A stretch of DNA of 64,000 bases from Betaproteobacteria bacterium (GCA_023259135.1 JAHFQX010000011.1:54-64053), one strand, 5' to 3'. Positions 46,303-56,084 are shown, counted from the first letter of the stretch. Made by a program: numbers and translations. The notes: generated by a model not told the origin, from the sequence alone.

Positions 46303-49300
46303 TTATTGAATAATCTCCCGCCAAGATACCCGCTTGCCCCCGGCCGCGGCGGCGGCGCTGGTGTGGACCCCCACGGTCAGCTTGGCTCCGGTGGCCGTGG
46401 TGGCGATGGTCTTGAGGGCGCCGCTGGGCAGCCGGATCACCACGTTTCCCACGGCGATGGCGTCGGCCAGTTTGCTGCCCCCCACGGAACCGGGGGATGA
46501 CGCCACGAAGCTCCCCGTCAGGTAGTTGAACAGGTAAAACCAACTGGAGCCGCCGACGCTGCATGCGCTGTTCCCCGGAACATTGGTGGTCACCAGCAAG
46601 GTTCCCAGCACCAGTTGAGGATCCAAGTTGACCCGTTCTCCGGGAGTGGCGTTGCTCGGGTTGAAATCCACGTACCAGCCGTTCTTCGCGGTCCAGTCCA
46701 CTGCATTGGCGCTCAAGGTTCGGTTGTTGGCGTCGAGGGCGGTCAGGGTCTGAGCCACCAAGGTGCCGCCGGCCCGGGGGTCGCCCAGAAAAGCCCCGGT
46801 GTCCTTGATGGCGTAGAAACTTTGCTGGTAGGCATAAGGTTGCGGGGGCACCAAAGTGGCGGGGTCCACCAGATCGTCCACTCCCAGATAGCGGCCGGTG
46901 CCGACGAAGATCACCCGGTTGGAATAGACGTTGGCCAGTTCGAGCCGGCTGGTGACGGACTGGGGCTTGCCGCTGCCGTCCTTCAAGGTGGCGAGCTTCA
47001 AGGCGGTGGCGGGAGCGGCGGTGAAATCGAAGCGCCACAGGTTGCCTTCCAAGTCTCCCGCGTAAACCCATTTGGTGGTGTTGTCCTGGGCGCCGTTGTC
47101 GGTCCACTGGGATAGCTTGGACAGCCCCAGGGGGGTGGTGGTGCTGCCCTCGCCGGTGTCGATTTTTTGCAGCACGGCGCCGGTCAGGGCATTCAAGACG
47201 TAGAGATAGCCTCGCCCGGTGCCGGGAGAGACGTTGTTGTAGCCCGAGGCCACGATGACCACCCAGGTCCCGTCGGAGGCCCGCTTGGTGATCACCGGGT
47301 TGCCATAGCTGTAGCCCAGATCGCTGTCCGACACGGCGCATAGGCTACTGTCGTGGCAGAACTCCCAGAGCCCCTTCGGGTTGGCGGGGTCGGTTACATC
47401 CAAGGCATAGTAGCCCCGGCCGCCGCCGCCCAGCCCGGCCACCAGAATGGTTTTCCAGGCGCTGCCGGTGAACACGTCCATGGTTTCGGGGGAACCGTCG
47501 ACGAAATACTGGTGATTGGCGCCGTAGTTGTTGTCGGCCAGCTTATAGAGTCCGGACAGCACCATCCGCGGAATGTAAGCCCAGCTTTCCTGCCCGGTGT
47601 CGCCGTTGAAGGCATGCAGCATGCCGTCGTTGGCGGCCACGTACAACGTCCCTGGGCGGGAAGCGTTGGCCGCCTTGAAGGTCGGGTAATCGGGAGTCAC
47701 GGCATCGGCGAAGGACCAGGGCGGCACCCGCACGTAGGCGGGAGTGGCGTTGACGGGGTCGCCGAACACGTGCTCCCGGTTGCGGAAAGCCTCTCCGTCG
47801 TGCTCGGTATGCCCCCGCAGGTATTCCATCAATATTTGCCCGCTGTTGGCGGTGGCCTGCACGTCGGGAGCCAGGCTGCCGCATTGCGACAGGGAGGCGC
47901 ATTTATTGTTGAAGTAGGCTTTCTCGGTGGCGGTCAAATCGGTCCACTGGAAAGGCTTGAGCTGGGTCGCGGTGCCGGAATCGAACAGATGAATGGTCCG
48001 GTCGTCGCTGCTGGGAGTGAGAATCCGATTGTCCAACAAGGCTTGAGCCGACCAGACGACGTCCGGCAGCACATTGCCGCTGCTGGTGTCGATGAGCTGG
48101 GCGGTCACCTCGCCGTCCCACTTCACGGTGCGGTAGGTGGAACTGTAGATGAAGCGGTCGGTCTCGGTGATGTTGGGGCTGCTGGTGGCCGAGGCCGCCG
48201 CCGCGCCGGTCCGCACCTGCACCCCCGCCAGGGCGGCGCTCAGGGACTGAGCCAGGGAGGTGGGATCCCGGGCGCTGAAGTAGACGCCCCGTCCGTTCAC
48301 CGCGGCGTGCCACAAATCGTCCAGCGCGGTGGCGGTATCCCCCACGGGCAGCGGCCAATTGCAGGTACCCCCGGTCCAGGAACATCCCGTTTCGCCGTTG
48401 ACGATCTTGTGGAAATCGCCGCTGTCGGCGCTTTCGTAATCCGGGCGATAGCTCATGGCTCCGTCCAAGCCCAGCCCCAGGGTGAAGGTGGTCATGTGCT
48501 GGTGGGGGGCCAGATCCTTGCTGCTGGTGGGCACGTTGTCCAGGGAAACGTCGCTGCCCAGCGCCCCCAGGCTGCCGCTGGTCCGTAGGTCGGTTTTGTA
48601 GTAGTACATGGCCACGTCGGCCAGGGTGCTGCTGGCGCCGATATTGCCGTCGAAGGTGCCGGAAGCGCGGCTGACGTATTTCACCGCGCCGGTATCCTCC
48701 ACGTTGTCCTGCTCGCCGATGGAGGTTCCGTCCAGCTTTTGTCCGGCGGCGCCGTTCCAATAGCCGTCGGTGGTCAGGATGGAGAAATTCTGCTGGCAGG
48801 AATACTGCATCGGATCGGCGGACATGCCATTGTTGATGCCGCTGGTGATGTGGGCGTAATGCCGGCCGACCCGGGACAGGGCTTCCCGCAGCGGGGTGCC
48901 GCCGCCGGGACTGATGCCGAAGAGCTTGTTGTACCAGGCATGTTTCTGGCCCCCCGCGGATCCGGCGAAGTCGCCGATGGCCAGATACTTGCCGGAAGAC
49001 ACCGGGCTGCCGGGGTTGATGGTGATGAAGCCCACCCGGTAGGCGTTGTCGATGGAAGAGAAGGACCGGCTGGCCGCCGATTTCATCGTTTGCATGCGAG
49101 TGCGGTAATAGGCGTACCAGTTGGCGAAGTTGGTCATCTCCTCGGCGTAGGTGCAGGTGGCTCCGGCGCAATCGGTGCGGCTGGCCGCCTTGGGATAGCT
49201 GTCGTTGCTGGAAACGATGTCGGTGCGGGAGAATTGCCCCACCCCCACCCGGGTATCGGTGGACGGCGGAATGGCGTCGGCGCCGCCGGTGAAGTTGGTG

Positions 49301-50853
49301 GAGGTCACCGGAATTCCCCCCGAGGTCACCCCCCCGCAGAGGGCGTCGTTGATCGGGGAGCAATCGGAGATGGTCACGGGTAGGGTGCCGGACTTGGCCA
49401 GCAGCCGGTTATTGGCCGAGGCACCCTCGGCGACGCTGGCGGAAATCGTCACCACGTTGCCGCTGGAAGTGGCGCCGTAGCCCGAGGTGGCGCCGTAGGC
49501 GTTGATGGCGTTGCGCAGCGCCGTGGCGGCGGCGGTGCGCTCGCTGCTGGCGTTGGTGCCGGTGGCCGCGGTGACGGCGCTGGTGATGAGGGGGGCGCCG
49601 TTGATGGTCAGGCCGGTGATGTTCACCGAGGCGTTGGATCCCGAATTGCCGATGGTGACCGTGGCCGTGGCGGCGGTGACGCCTGCCGCGCTGGAGCCCA
49701 CCGCGACGGCATAGCCGTTGTACGCCGGGCCCGGAGCGGGGGCGCTGATGGTCACCACCGCCCCGCTGGAGGTGGCGCTGTAATCCGGCGTGGAAACGAA
49801 GCTGTTGATGGCATTCTTCAAAGCGGTGGCGGCATTGGTGCGTTCGGTGGAACTGTTGGTGCCGGTGGATGCCGTGACGGTGGCGCTGATGATATTCACC
49901 CCGTTTACCGTCAGGCTGGAGATATTGACTGAGTTATCCGAGCCCGAATTGCCGATGGTGACCGTGGCCGTGGCGGCAACGGCGGCGCTGCCGGCGCCTC
50001 CCGGAGTGACCGTTCCCAGGTATTTGGCCCGGGTGAAACTGCCTAGCCGCTTGGCCTGGCAGGTGGTCAGGGCGGCATCGCTGCACCAGCGCACCCGGGC
50101 GGGGAAAATATAGGCGCCGGTGGGCACCGTGGAGGCGGTGCAACTGGTCAAATCGGCGGTGGTGCAATGCTCGGTGGGGTTGATGCCGTAGTAGTACGGA
50201 GCGCCGAAGACGTATTTGACGCTGCCGCCGCCGGTGAGGCCGTAGGGATAGGCGGCATCGGGGTAGGAATAGGCGGCGTTTTTCTTGCAATTGGCTCCGG
50301 CGGCGGCATCCGACGGATCGGTGCACCATACCCGATCGGGATATTGGGTGGTCAGATCCCGGGTGGTGACGGTATTGCCCAATTGGTCCTTGTTCTGGAT
50401 GCCGAAGGCGTCGGTCAGCACCGCGGTCCAGTTGGCGGTGTTGGCGGCGTTCTGGGTTGGCTTGCTGGTGCCGTCGTAGTTGAGGGCCGGGCTGTAGCTG
50501 ATCGCGGGGTTGTAGTATTGACCGTTGAAATCGCGGCTCATGAAAGGCGGGTCCCCGACACGGCAGGCATCCGGGCTGCCGGTGATGGTGCCCGAGCTAT
50601 CGTCCCCGGCGTCGAAGCATCCCACGTTGCTGTCGTTGACGTAATCCGGCATGTAGTCCCAGTCCATGCTGCCGGAATCGTCCAGAATGAACATGATGTT
50701 GGGCTTCACTTCGCTGGCGGCGGAATCCGCCAGGGGAGCGCTGGCCAGGTCGGTGACGGCGGCTTGGCTGAGGTGCGGCTGAGCGTTGAGGGCGGCTATC
50801 AGGGAATACGCCATGCAGCGACGCAGCGCATGGGAGGGACGGCGATTTTTCAT
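46303..50853 (-). CDS. pilY1: Type IV pilus tip adhesin/biogenesis factor PilY1 (vWA-like N-part, PilC beta-propeller C-part), unusually large
   Basis: 1516 aa. Signal peptide, MIDAS-like FILDDSGSM, later GTPLREAL and ILTTDGYWN. The C-terminal PilY1/PilC region contains WVYAGDLEGNLWRFD. Last gene of the minor-pilin operon. Confidence 0.9.
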   Translation of the reverse strand: MKNRRPSHALRRCMAYSLIAALNAQPHLSQAAVTDLASAPLADSAASEVKPNIMFILDDSGSMDWDYMPDYVNDSNVGCFDAGDDSSGTITGSPDACRVGDPPFMSRDFNGQYYNPAISYSPALNYDGTSKPTQNAANTANWTAVLTDAFGIQNKDQLGNTVTTRDLTTQYPDRVWCTDPSDAAAGANCKKNAAYSYPDAAYPYGLTGGGSVKYVFGAPYYYGINPTEHCTTADLTSCTASTVPTGAYIFPARVRWCSDAALTTCQAKRLGSFTRAKYLGTVTPGGAGSAAVAATATVTIGNSGSDNSVNISSLTVNGVNIISATVTASTGTNSSTERTNAATALKNAINSFVSTPDYSATSSGAVVTISAPAPGPAYNGYAVAVGSSAAGVTAATATVTIGNSGSNASVNITGLTINGAPLITSAVTAATGTNASSERTAAATALRNAINAYGATSGYGATSSGNVVTISASVAEGASANNRLLAKSGTLPVTISDCSPINDALCGGVTSGGIPVTSTNFTGGADAIPPSTDTRVGVGQFSRTDIVSSNDSYPKAASRTDCAGATCTYAEEMTNFANWYAYYRTRMQTMKSAASRSFSSIDNAYRVGFITINPGSPVSSGKYLAIGDFAGSAGGQKHAWYNKLFGISPGGGTPLREALSRVGRHYAHITSGINNGMSADPMQYSCQQNFSILTTDGYWNGAAGQKLDGTSIGEQDNVEDTGAVKYVSRASGTFDGNIGASSTLADVAMYYYKTDLRTSGSLGALGSDVSLDNVPTSSKDLAPHQHMTTFTLGLGLDGAMSYRPDYESADSGDFHKIVNGETGCSWTGGTCNWPLPVGDTATALDDLWHAAVNGRGVYFSARDPTSLAQSLSAALAGVQVRTGAAAASATSSPNITETDRFIYSSTYRTVKWDGEVTAQLIDTSSGNVLPDVVWSAQALLDNRILTPSSDDRTIHLFDSGTATQLKPFQWTDLTATEKAYFNNKCASLSQCGSLAPDVQATANSGQILMEYLRGHTEHDGEAFRNREHVFGDPVNATPAYVRVPPWSFADAVTPDYPTFKAANASRPGTLYVAANDGMLHAFNGDTGQESWAYIPRMVLSGLYKLADNNYGANHQYFVDGSPETMDVFTGSAWKTILVAGLGGGGRGYYALDVTDPANPKGLWEFCHDSSLCAVSDSDLGYSYGNPVITKRASDGTWVVIVASGYNNVSPGTGRGYLYVLNALTGAVLQKIDTGEGSTTTPLGLSKLSQWTDNGAQDNTTKWVYAGDLEGNLWRFDFTAAPATALKLATLKDGSGKPQSVTSRLELANVYSNRVIFVGTGRYLGVDDLVDPATLVPPQPYAYQQSFYAIKDTGAFLGDPRAGGTLVAQTLTALDANNRTLSANAVDWTAKNGWYVDFNPSNATPGERVNLDPQLVLGTLLVTTNVPGNSACSVGGSSWFYLFNYLTGSFVASSPGSVGGSKLADAIAVGNVVIRLPSGALKTIATTATGAKLTVGVHTSAAAAAGGKRVSWREIIQ
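49438..49977 (-). repeat. In-frame tandem duplication inside pilY1 (period 303 bp = 101 aa, about 79-aa conserved core)
   Basis: AATATVTIGNSGS(D/N)..VNI..LT(V/I)NG..(I/L)I(S/T)(A/S).VTA.TGTN.S.ERT.AATAL.NAIN......Y.ATSSG.VVTISA occurs twice (aa 293-371 and 394-472). An identical 35-nt stretch lies at 49640-49674 and 49943-49977. Confidence 0.9.
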
Positions 50854-50901
50854 GTTGGGCTCCTGGCTCCGGTCTCGCCGTGGGGATTCATCGCCCGGTT
50901 C

Positions 50902-51531
50902 TCAAAGCGGGATGAATACGACGGTTTGAATCACGCTCAAGGTGTTGCGAGGGCCTTGAATTCGTGAAGTGATGCGGTAATACAGTCCTTGGGTCACCAG
51001 GCCGGTAATGGCAGCCGGTCCCCGGGTGCTGCTGCCCCCTCCGGCCGTCGCGCTGGTGCCCTGGGCGCATTGGTTGGGGTTGCCCAAAGGGCTGATCTCG
51101 TTGTAGGGAAGATCGGGCTCGGTGCAGAGACGGTGAATGACGTAGGAGACGATATTGCCGGCGGCATCGGCGCCGCAACCGGCGACGGCGCACTGGGCAT
51201 TGGTCCAAGCGCTGCTGTCGTACCAGTTGGGCTCGGGGGAGGGGATGGCCGAGATGAATCCCGCGGCGGCATTGGTGTTGTTGAGGGTGGTGCCTCCGGC
51301 ATTGGCGATCAGCCATTGGTACGCCGCCTCGGTGCCCGAGTCCCCGGCCTGGATGGAAGCCTGCTTGAAGGCCAAATTGCCGGCCACCACGGTGCCGGTG
51401 TCCACCGAGCGCATCATGCCGATCCCTGCCAGGGTCATGGCCACCAGCACGATGAGGGCGATGAACAGCACCACTCCCCGCTGCCGCCGGGGGGGGGCGG
51501 GAAAAGCGCGTCTGGGCGGTGTCGATCGCAT
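50902..51531 (-). CDS. pilX: Type IV minor pilin PilX
   Basis: The internal ATG at 51529-51531 gives a PilX_N-type N-terminus RRQRGVVLFIALIVLVAMTLAGIGMMRS. 1-nt overlap with the pilW stop. Confidence 0.8.
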   Translation of the reverse strand: MRSTPPRRAFPAPPRRQRGVVLFIALIVLVAMTLAGIGMMRSVDTGTVVAGNLAFKQASIQAGDSGTEAAYQWLIANAGGTTLNNTNAAAGFISAIPSPEPNWYDSSAWTNAQCAVAGCGADAAGNIVSYVIHRLCTEPDLPYNEISPLGNPNQCAQGTSATAGGGSSTRGPAAITGLVTQGLYYRITSRIQGPRNTLSVIQTVVFIPL

Positions 51532-52670
51532 CAGGGCTTCCAAATCAGGTTGCGCAGCGGCACCGTGGTCTCGAACACCCGGTAGCGGTAGCACTGCCAG
51601 TCGGGGTCGGCGCTCAAGTCGAAAGCCCCGCCGCTCCAGCTCGGGGCCGTCGTGGTGGCGGCGCACACCCCGGCGGTATTGGGTTTTTCCCGATTGGCGC
51701 TGCGCGCCACCAGGCCGATGCGCGCCGCCAGCACCCGGTCCCAACTGGCGGGAGGCGCGGCGTTCCAGGTGTCCACCCGGACCGGCGGAGTATTGACGGT
51801 GTCTTTTCCGTAGACCGCCTGGAGATTGACAATGTTGTCGGCGATGCGCAGCGACGTGACCGTGGGGAGCGTGGTGGTCAGCATCAGGTTGCCGCTCAGA
51901 ATGGAGTAGGCGTTGTTGTTGGGCAGGCTGCCGATGTTGAACAACTTGCCGTTGGTGGTGTAGCTCACTCCCAGCCCGCTGGGCTTGTTGTAGCGGGCGT
52001 TGACCGTGGCCCCTTCCGGGTTGGTGTAGGTGCCGTTGTTGTGGATGACGTTGTCGGTCTGCGGCGTGCCGGGCAGATTGGTGACTTCCGCCAGGGTGCA
52101 GTCCTTGCCGGGCTCGGCGGCGATGACCAGATCGCCTTTCTTGAAGCCGAAACGGTTGGCGACCTTGAAGGTGGCGGCGGGGGAGGGCATGTTCTGGGTC
52201 AGGGCGGCCGGCATCACCAATAAACTGGCGGTGCCGTAGGTGATGGTGATGACGTCGGAATCTCTCCCCACGCCGGTGGTGGCGTTGTTGTCGGCGCCCT
52301 GGGTGATCTGCAAGGGAATCAGGGTAATGTTGAAATCCGTGGGGACGCGCAGCTCGTCGTAGGCCAGCACAGTGCAGCCCAGGATGCTGGGGTCGGCGAT
52401 GCCGTAGCCCGCCACGCGCGCATCCCGCTCGATGTAAAACAGGGCCTGGATGCCGTTCTGCTGGGCATCCGATCCGCCGGTGGCCGTGCGCTTATAGCCT
52501 TCCGAGAGGGCAAAAACCTGAAAGATGACGATGATGCCCAGCAGGCCGATGACCATGCCCACCATGACTTCCACCAGGCTGAAACCGGTGGCCTGGCGGC
52601 CCTTGTGGTGGCCCTTTATAGGCCATAGCGGCCATTGACGGGCCGAGGGAAGCATAGGGACGGAGGTCAT
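51531..52670 (-). CDS. pilW: Type IV minor pilin PilW
   Basis: The ATG at 52668-52670 gives about 379 aa. Prepilin N-terminus ...TG/FSLVEVMVGMVIGLLGIIVIFQVF. ATGA overlap with the pilV stop. Confidence 0.82.
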   Translation of the reverse strand: MTSVPMLPSARQWPLWPIKGHHKGRQATGFSLVEVMVGMVIGLLGIIVIFQVFALSEGYKRTATGGSDAQQNGIQALFYIERDARVAGYGIADPSILGCTVLAYDELRVPTDFNITLIPLQITQGADNNATTGVGRDSDVITITYGTASLLVMPAALTQNMPSPAATFKVANRFGFKKGDLVIAAEPGKDCTLAEVTNLPGTPQTDNVIHNNGTYTNPEGATVNARYNKPSGLGVSYTTNGKLFNIGSLPNNNAYSILSGNLMLTTTLPTVTSLRIADNIVNLQAVYGKDTVNTPPVRVDTWNAAPPASWDRVLAARIGLVARSANREKPNTAGVCAATTTAPSWSGGAFDLSADPDWQCYRYRVFETTVPLRNLIWKP

Positions 52671-53095
52671 GGGTTGATGGTGGCGATGGCCATGTGGCTG
52701 TGGGGGGTGGCGGCTTGGGGGGGCTGCCAGAATACCCGCACTGTTATTTGATTGCCCGCGCCGATGACGATCTGGGGCGGATTCACGGTGTTGGTCACTC
52801 CCGGCAGGCCATTTTGGACTTGGGCGACCCAGTTGGCGAGGACGGCGGGGGGAGTCCCGGTGGTATAGGCGTAGGATGCCAGGTTGGCCTGATCCACCCA
52901 CATCTGGCCGATGACTTGGTTGGCCAGGAAGGCCGCGTCGGCCCGGTATTTGGCGTCGGAGACAGTGCTGATGGTCGTCGCCTGCATGCCCACCATGGCC
53001 AGGATGCCCATGGAAAAAATCAGGATGGCGATGAGCGCCTCCAGCAGCATGACTCCGCGCTGTTGTTTCCTTCCCGTGCCGATGGACTGGGTCAT
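52667..53095 (-). CDS. pilV: Type IV minor pilin PilV
   Basis: 142 aa from the ATG at 53093-53095: MTQSIGTGRKQQRG/VMLLEALIAILIFSMGILAMVGMQ. Confidence 0.82.
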   Translation of the reverse strand: MTQSIGTGRKQQRGVMLLEALIAILIFSMGILAMVGMQATTISTVSDAKYRADAAFLANQVIGQMWVDQANLASYAYTTGTPPAVLANWVAQVQNGLPGVTNTVNPPQIVIGAGNQITVRVFWQPPQAATPHSHMAIATINP

Positions 53096-53103
53096 GATCG
53101 TTC

Positions 53104-53631
53104 TCACGAGCAGGCCAGGGGATCCCCGGCGGCTATGTTGGGATCGCACATTTTCACGCCGCCCCCGGTGCTGACCCGCACCCGCAATTCCCGGCTATCG
53201 GCGGCCGGCAGCACCGCGGAATCCACATCCACCTGGGTAACGGGGGCGATATCGATCACCGCGCCGAAGCCGTTGAAGGTGACGGTGGTGGCGCCGGCGG
53301 GTGTCACCGTCACCACCGCGTTGCGGGTGCCCTCGCCGCCGGGGCGGGATTGGATCTGGGAACCGTCGGCCGCCACCGACACCGTCCAGGCCGGGGAAGG
53401 CAGCGCGGTCAGCACGAAGCGCACGTTGGTATTGCGCCGCACCGCCTCGGCCCGGGCGAGCTGCATGCCGTTGAGAATCGCCTCGGCTCCGGTGCGAATC
53501 TGCAAGTTTTGGATCCACGTGGTGTAAGCGGGGACTCCGGCCATCAGCAGCAGCCCGACGATGACCACCGCGATCATCATCTCGATGAGGGAAAAACCGC
53601 GGGGGATGGGCGGCACGGTCCTGGTTAGCAC
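53104..53631 (-). CDS. GspH/FimT/FimU-family minor pilin
   Basis: Prepilin N-terminus PRG/FSLIEMMIAVVIVGLLLMAGVP with a GspH-like body. GTG at 53629-53631 overlaps the pilE stop. The ORF track starts at a TTG at 53658. Confidence 0.8.
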   Translation of the reverse strand: MLTRTVPPIPRGFSLIEMMIAVVIVGLLLMAGVPAYTTWIQNLQIRTGAEAILNGMQLARAEAVRRNTNVRFVLTALPSPAWTVSVAADGSQIQSRPGGEGTRNAVVTVTPAGATTVTFNGFGAVIDIAPVTQVDVDSAVLPAADSRELRVRVSTGGGVKMCDPNIAAGDPLACS

Positions 53632-54137
53632 GACTCTCCCTGTTTGCTGATCCAGCAATTCAGCGGGAGCCCGGCGGCCCCGGGGAATGCGGTGGTTTGC
53701 CGAGCATTGTTATGATCGATGGTGAAGGTGTAGGCGCCGTCGGCCGCCCCCAAGCCCTGGCTGCTGCGGCCGGCGGCGGTGACCAGGAAGCTTTGGTTGG
53801 TGCCGCCGGCGCCCCAGTTGCAGGTATAGGAAAAATATTTGGCGGCGGCGCCAGTGGGCACGGGCACGCCGCAGGCGGCGGCGGTTGAGCCGTAGTTGCG
53901 GTTATCTTGATAAAATTGCTCCAGCTTGACCCGCATATCCGCCAAGTTGGCGGTGGCTTCGGCAAGCTTGCCCCGCACCACGTAATCGGTGTAGGCCGGC
54001 AGGGCAACGGCCGCCAGGATGGCGATGATGGCCACGGTCACCATCAATTCCACCAGGGTAAAGCCCCGTTGCCGCAGCGCCGTTTTCCGCCGGGCCGGAT
54101 TCACAACCCCCATATGGATTATCGTGCAATTTGTCAT
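53625..54137 (-). CDS. pilE: Type IV pilin PilE-like (N-methylation motif)
   Basis: ...RQRG/FTLVELMVTVAIIAILAAVALPAYTDYVVRGKLAEA with a C-terminal Cys pair. Alternative ATG at 54113. Confidence 0.85.
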   Translation of the reverse strand: MTNCTIIHMGVVNPARRKTALRQRGFTLVELMVTVAIIAILAAVALPAYTDYVVRGKLAEATANLADMRVKLEQFYQDNRNYGSTAAACGVPVPTGAAAKYFSYTCNWGAGGTNQSFLVTAAGRSSQGLGAADGAYTFTIDHNNARQTTAFPGAAGLPLNCWISKQGESC

Positions 54138-54279
54138 GAGCGCCCCTTTTCGCGGTGAATGATCTTAAAAGCCTTTCGCCCCCTCGCTTGGGTTTGCCCG
54201 ACAAAAGGCGGCGGCGGGGCGACGAACGGCAGTATAGCCCAGGCCGCCCCGACGCCAAGCCCCCCGGCGCTCTTACGGC

Positions 54280-55374
54280 ATGGCGATGAAACAGCCGGTT
54301 GCCGATTTTTTGGTGGTGGGGGCGGGGGTGATCGGACTGGCCACCGCCTTGGAGCTGCGCCGGGGCGGAGCCCGGGTCGTGGTTCTGGAAGCCGGCCGGG
54401 TGGGACGCAAAGCCTCCTGGGCCGGCGGCGGCTTGCTGTTTCCTTTGTTGCCCTGGGATTATCCCGACACCGTCACCCGGCTCGCCCTGTATAGCCTGAG
54501 CCTATTTCCCGGCTGGGCCGAGGAATGGGCCGCCGCTTCCGGCATCGATCCGGAATGCCTGGAGAGCGGTCTGCTGCTGCTGCCCCCCTACGACGAAGCC
54601 AAGTCCCTCGCCTGGTGCCGGGATCGGGGCATCGCCGCGGAGCCGGTCTCGTCCCGGGCTCGGGCGCCGGGTTTGGCCGATGACGGCCCCGGCCTCTGGC
54701 TGCCCCAGGTGCGGCAAGTCAGGAATCCCCGGTTGCTGCAAGCCTTGCGGCAATCCGCCCGGCACGCGGGGATAGAGATCATCGAGCAGACCCCGGTCAC
54801 TGGCTGGCAAACCCACGGAAACCGGGTCGCGGCGGCCCTGACCGCCACCGGCGCCTTGGCCGCCGGAAAATTCGTGATCTGCGCCGGAGCCTGGAGCGCC
54901 GCGCTATTTTCGCGCCTCGGGGCGGCGCCTCCCATCACCCCGGTGCGGGGGCAAATGCTGTTGTTCAAGCTGGAGGCCGGCGCGCTTTCCACCATGGTGG
55001 TGCGAGAACAGACTTACTTGATTCCCCGCGCCGACGGCCATCTGCTGGCGGGCAGCACCCTGGAACACGCGGGGTTTGACGAAGCCCCCACCCTCGCAGG
55101 ACGATGGGATTTACTGGAACGAGCCCAGGCGCTGCTGCCGGTGCTGACCGAAGAGCGTTTAGTGAACCACTGGGCCGGGCTGCGGCCGGGATCCCCCGGC
55201 AACCTGCCGATCATCGGCCCTCATCCCGCCCTATCCAATCTGTTCATCAACGGCGGGCATTTCCGCTACGGCGTCACCATGGCTCCGGGCAGCGCCCGCC
55301 TGCTGGCCAGCTTGGCTCTGGGGCAGAACTGCCCCCTCGATCCCGAGCCTTATCGCTGGAGGATGGCGCCATGA
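54280..55374 (+). CDS. FAD-dependent oxidoreductase, DAO family (ThiO-like glycine oxidase)
   Basis: 364 aa. Dinucleotide-binding N-terminus DFLVVGAGVIGLATALEL and C-terminal NGGHFRYGVTMAPGSA. No thiS or thiG neighbours. Confidence 0.7.
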   Translation: MAMKQPVADFLVVGAGVIGLATALELRRGGARVVVLEAGRVGRKASWAGGGLLFPLLPWDYPDTVTRLALYSLSLFPGWAEEWAAASGIDPECLESGLLLLPPYDEAKSLAWCRDRGIAAEPVSSRARAPGLADDGPGLWLPQVRQVRNPRLLQALRQSARHAGIEIIEQTPVTGWQTHGNRVAAALTATGALAAGKFVICAGAWSAALFSRLGAAPPITPVRGQMLLFKLEAGALSTMVVREQTYLIPRADGHLLAGSTLEHAGFDEAPTLAGRWDLLERAQALLPVLTEERLVNHWAGLRPGSPGNLPIIGPHPALSNLFINGGHFRYGVTMAPGSARLLASLALGQNCPLDPEPYRWRMAP

Positions 55375-55422
55375 AAAAGCCACGATTAGACGGAGTCCAA
55401 TTCTCAACTTATAATCAATCCC

Positions 55423-55857
55423 ATGCAACCAGAGCCTTGCAGCCGGGATGGACTCGCCGCCTTTTTGCGGGCCCACGACATCAATCCGACCCGCCAGCGG
55501 ATCGAAATCGCCCATGCGCTGTTTTCCCGGCGGGAGCATCTCTCGGCCGACCGGATTCTGGCCTTGGTGAACGTCCGCCATTCGGAGACTTCCAAGGCGA
55601 CGGTGTACAACACGCTGAACCTGTTCTTGGAAAAGAAACTCATCCGGGAAGTGATCGTGGATCCCAGCAAGGTGTTCTACGATCCTAACACCCATCCCCA
55701 CCACCACTTTTACGATGTGGCCACGGGGCGGCTGATGGATATCGACGCGGCCGAGGTCACCCTGGGAGGCTTGCCCGCTCTGCCCGCGGGCATGGCGATG
55801 GAACGGGTGGAGATCATCGTGCGGATCCGCCCGCGGGAGGCGGTCCGAGAAGGCTAA
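55423..55857 (+). CDS. Fur-family transcriptional regulator lacking CxxC motifs (Irr-like)
   Basis: 144 aa. Winged helix INPTRQRIEIAHALF...HLSADRILALV......SKATVYNTLNLF and a His cluster THPHHHFYD. Its only Cys (C6) lies in the N-terminal tail, outside the metal-binding half. Confidence 0.75.
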   Translation: MQPEPCSRDGLAAFLRAHDINPTRQRIEIAHALFSRREHLSADRILALVNVRHSETSKATVYNTLNLFLEKKLIREVIVDPSKVFYDPNTHPHHHFYDVATGRLMDIDAAEVTLGGLPALPAGMAMERVEIIVRIRPREAVREG

Positions 55858-56084
55858 CAGGCCTTCTTGAACAGGAACACGAATTCCTTGCCCTTTTCCG
55901 TGGATTCCAGCAGCGGGTGGCCGGTCTGCTGGGAGAAGACCGCAAAATCTATCGCCGTTCCCGGGTCGGTGGCCACTACCCGCAGCAATTGCCCGGCTTG
56001 CATATCGCTCAGCGCCTTCTTGACCCGCAAAATGGGCAAGGGGCAGTGCAAGCCCCGAACATCCAGTTCCTTGTCGGTTTCCAT
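55854..56084 (-). CDS. TusA/SirA-family sulfur carrier protein
   Basis: The internal ATG gives 76 aa: LDVRGLHCPLPILRVKKAL..M..GQLL.V.ATDPG...D. 4-nt convergent overlap with the Fur-like gene. Confidence 0.85.
   Translation of the reverse strand: METDKELDVRGLHCPLPILRVKKALSDMQAGQLLRVVATDPGTAIDFAVFSQQTGHPLLESTEKGKEFVFLFKKAC

Noticed and set aside
46184-49363. Alternative-frame ORFs (385 aa and 486 aa) inside pilY1
   Set aside because: They are same-strand, out-of-frame, Arg/Gly/Pro-rich ORFs. The 1516-aa frame carries all the PilY1 motifs.
54138-54279. TPP riboswitch upstream of the ThiO-like gene, or a sigma-54 promoter for pilE
   Set aside because: No CTGAGA/ACCTGA THI-box core is present. 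The closest GG...GC pair (CTGGGCTATACTGC) has the wrong spacing for a -24/-12 promoter.
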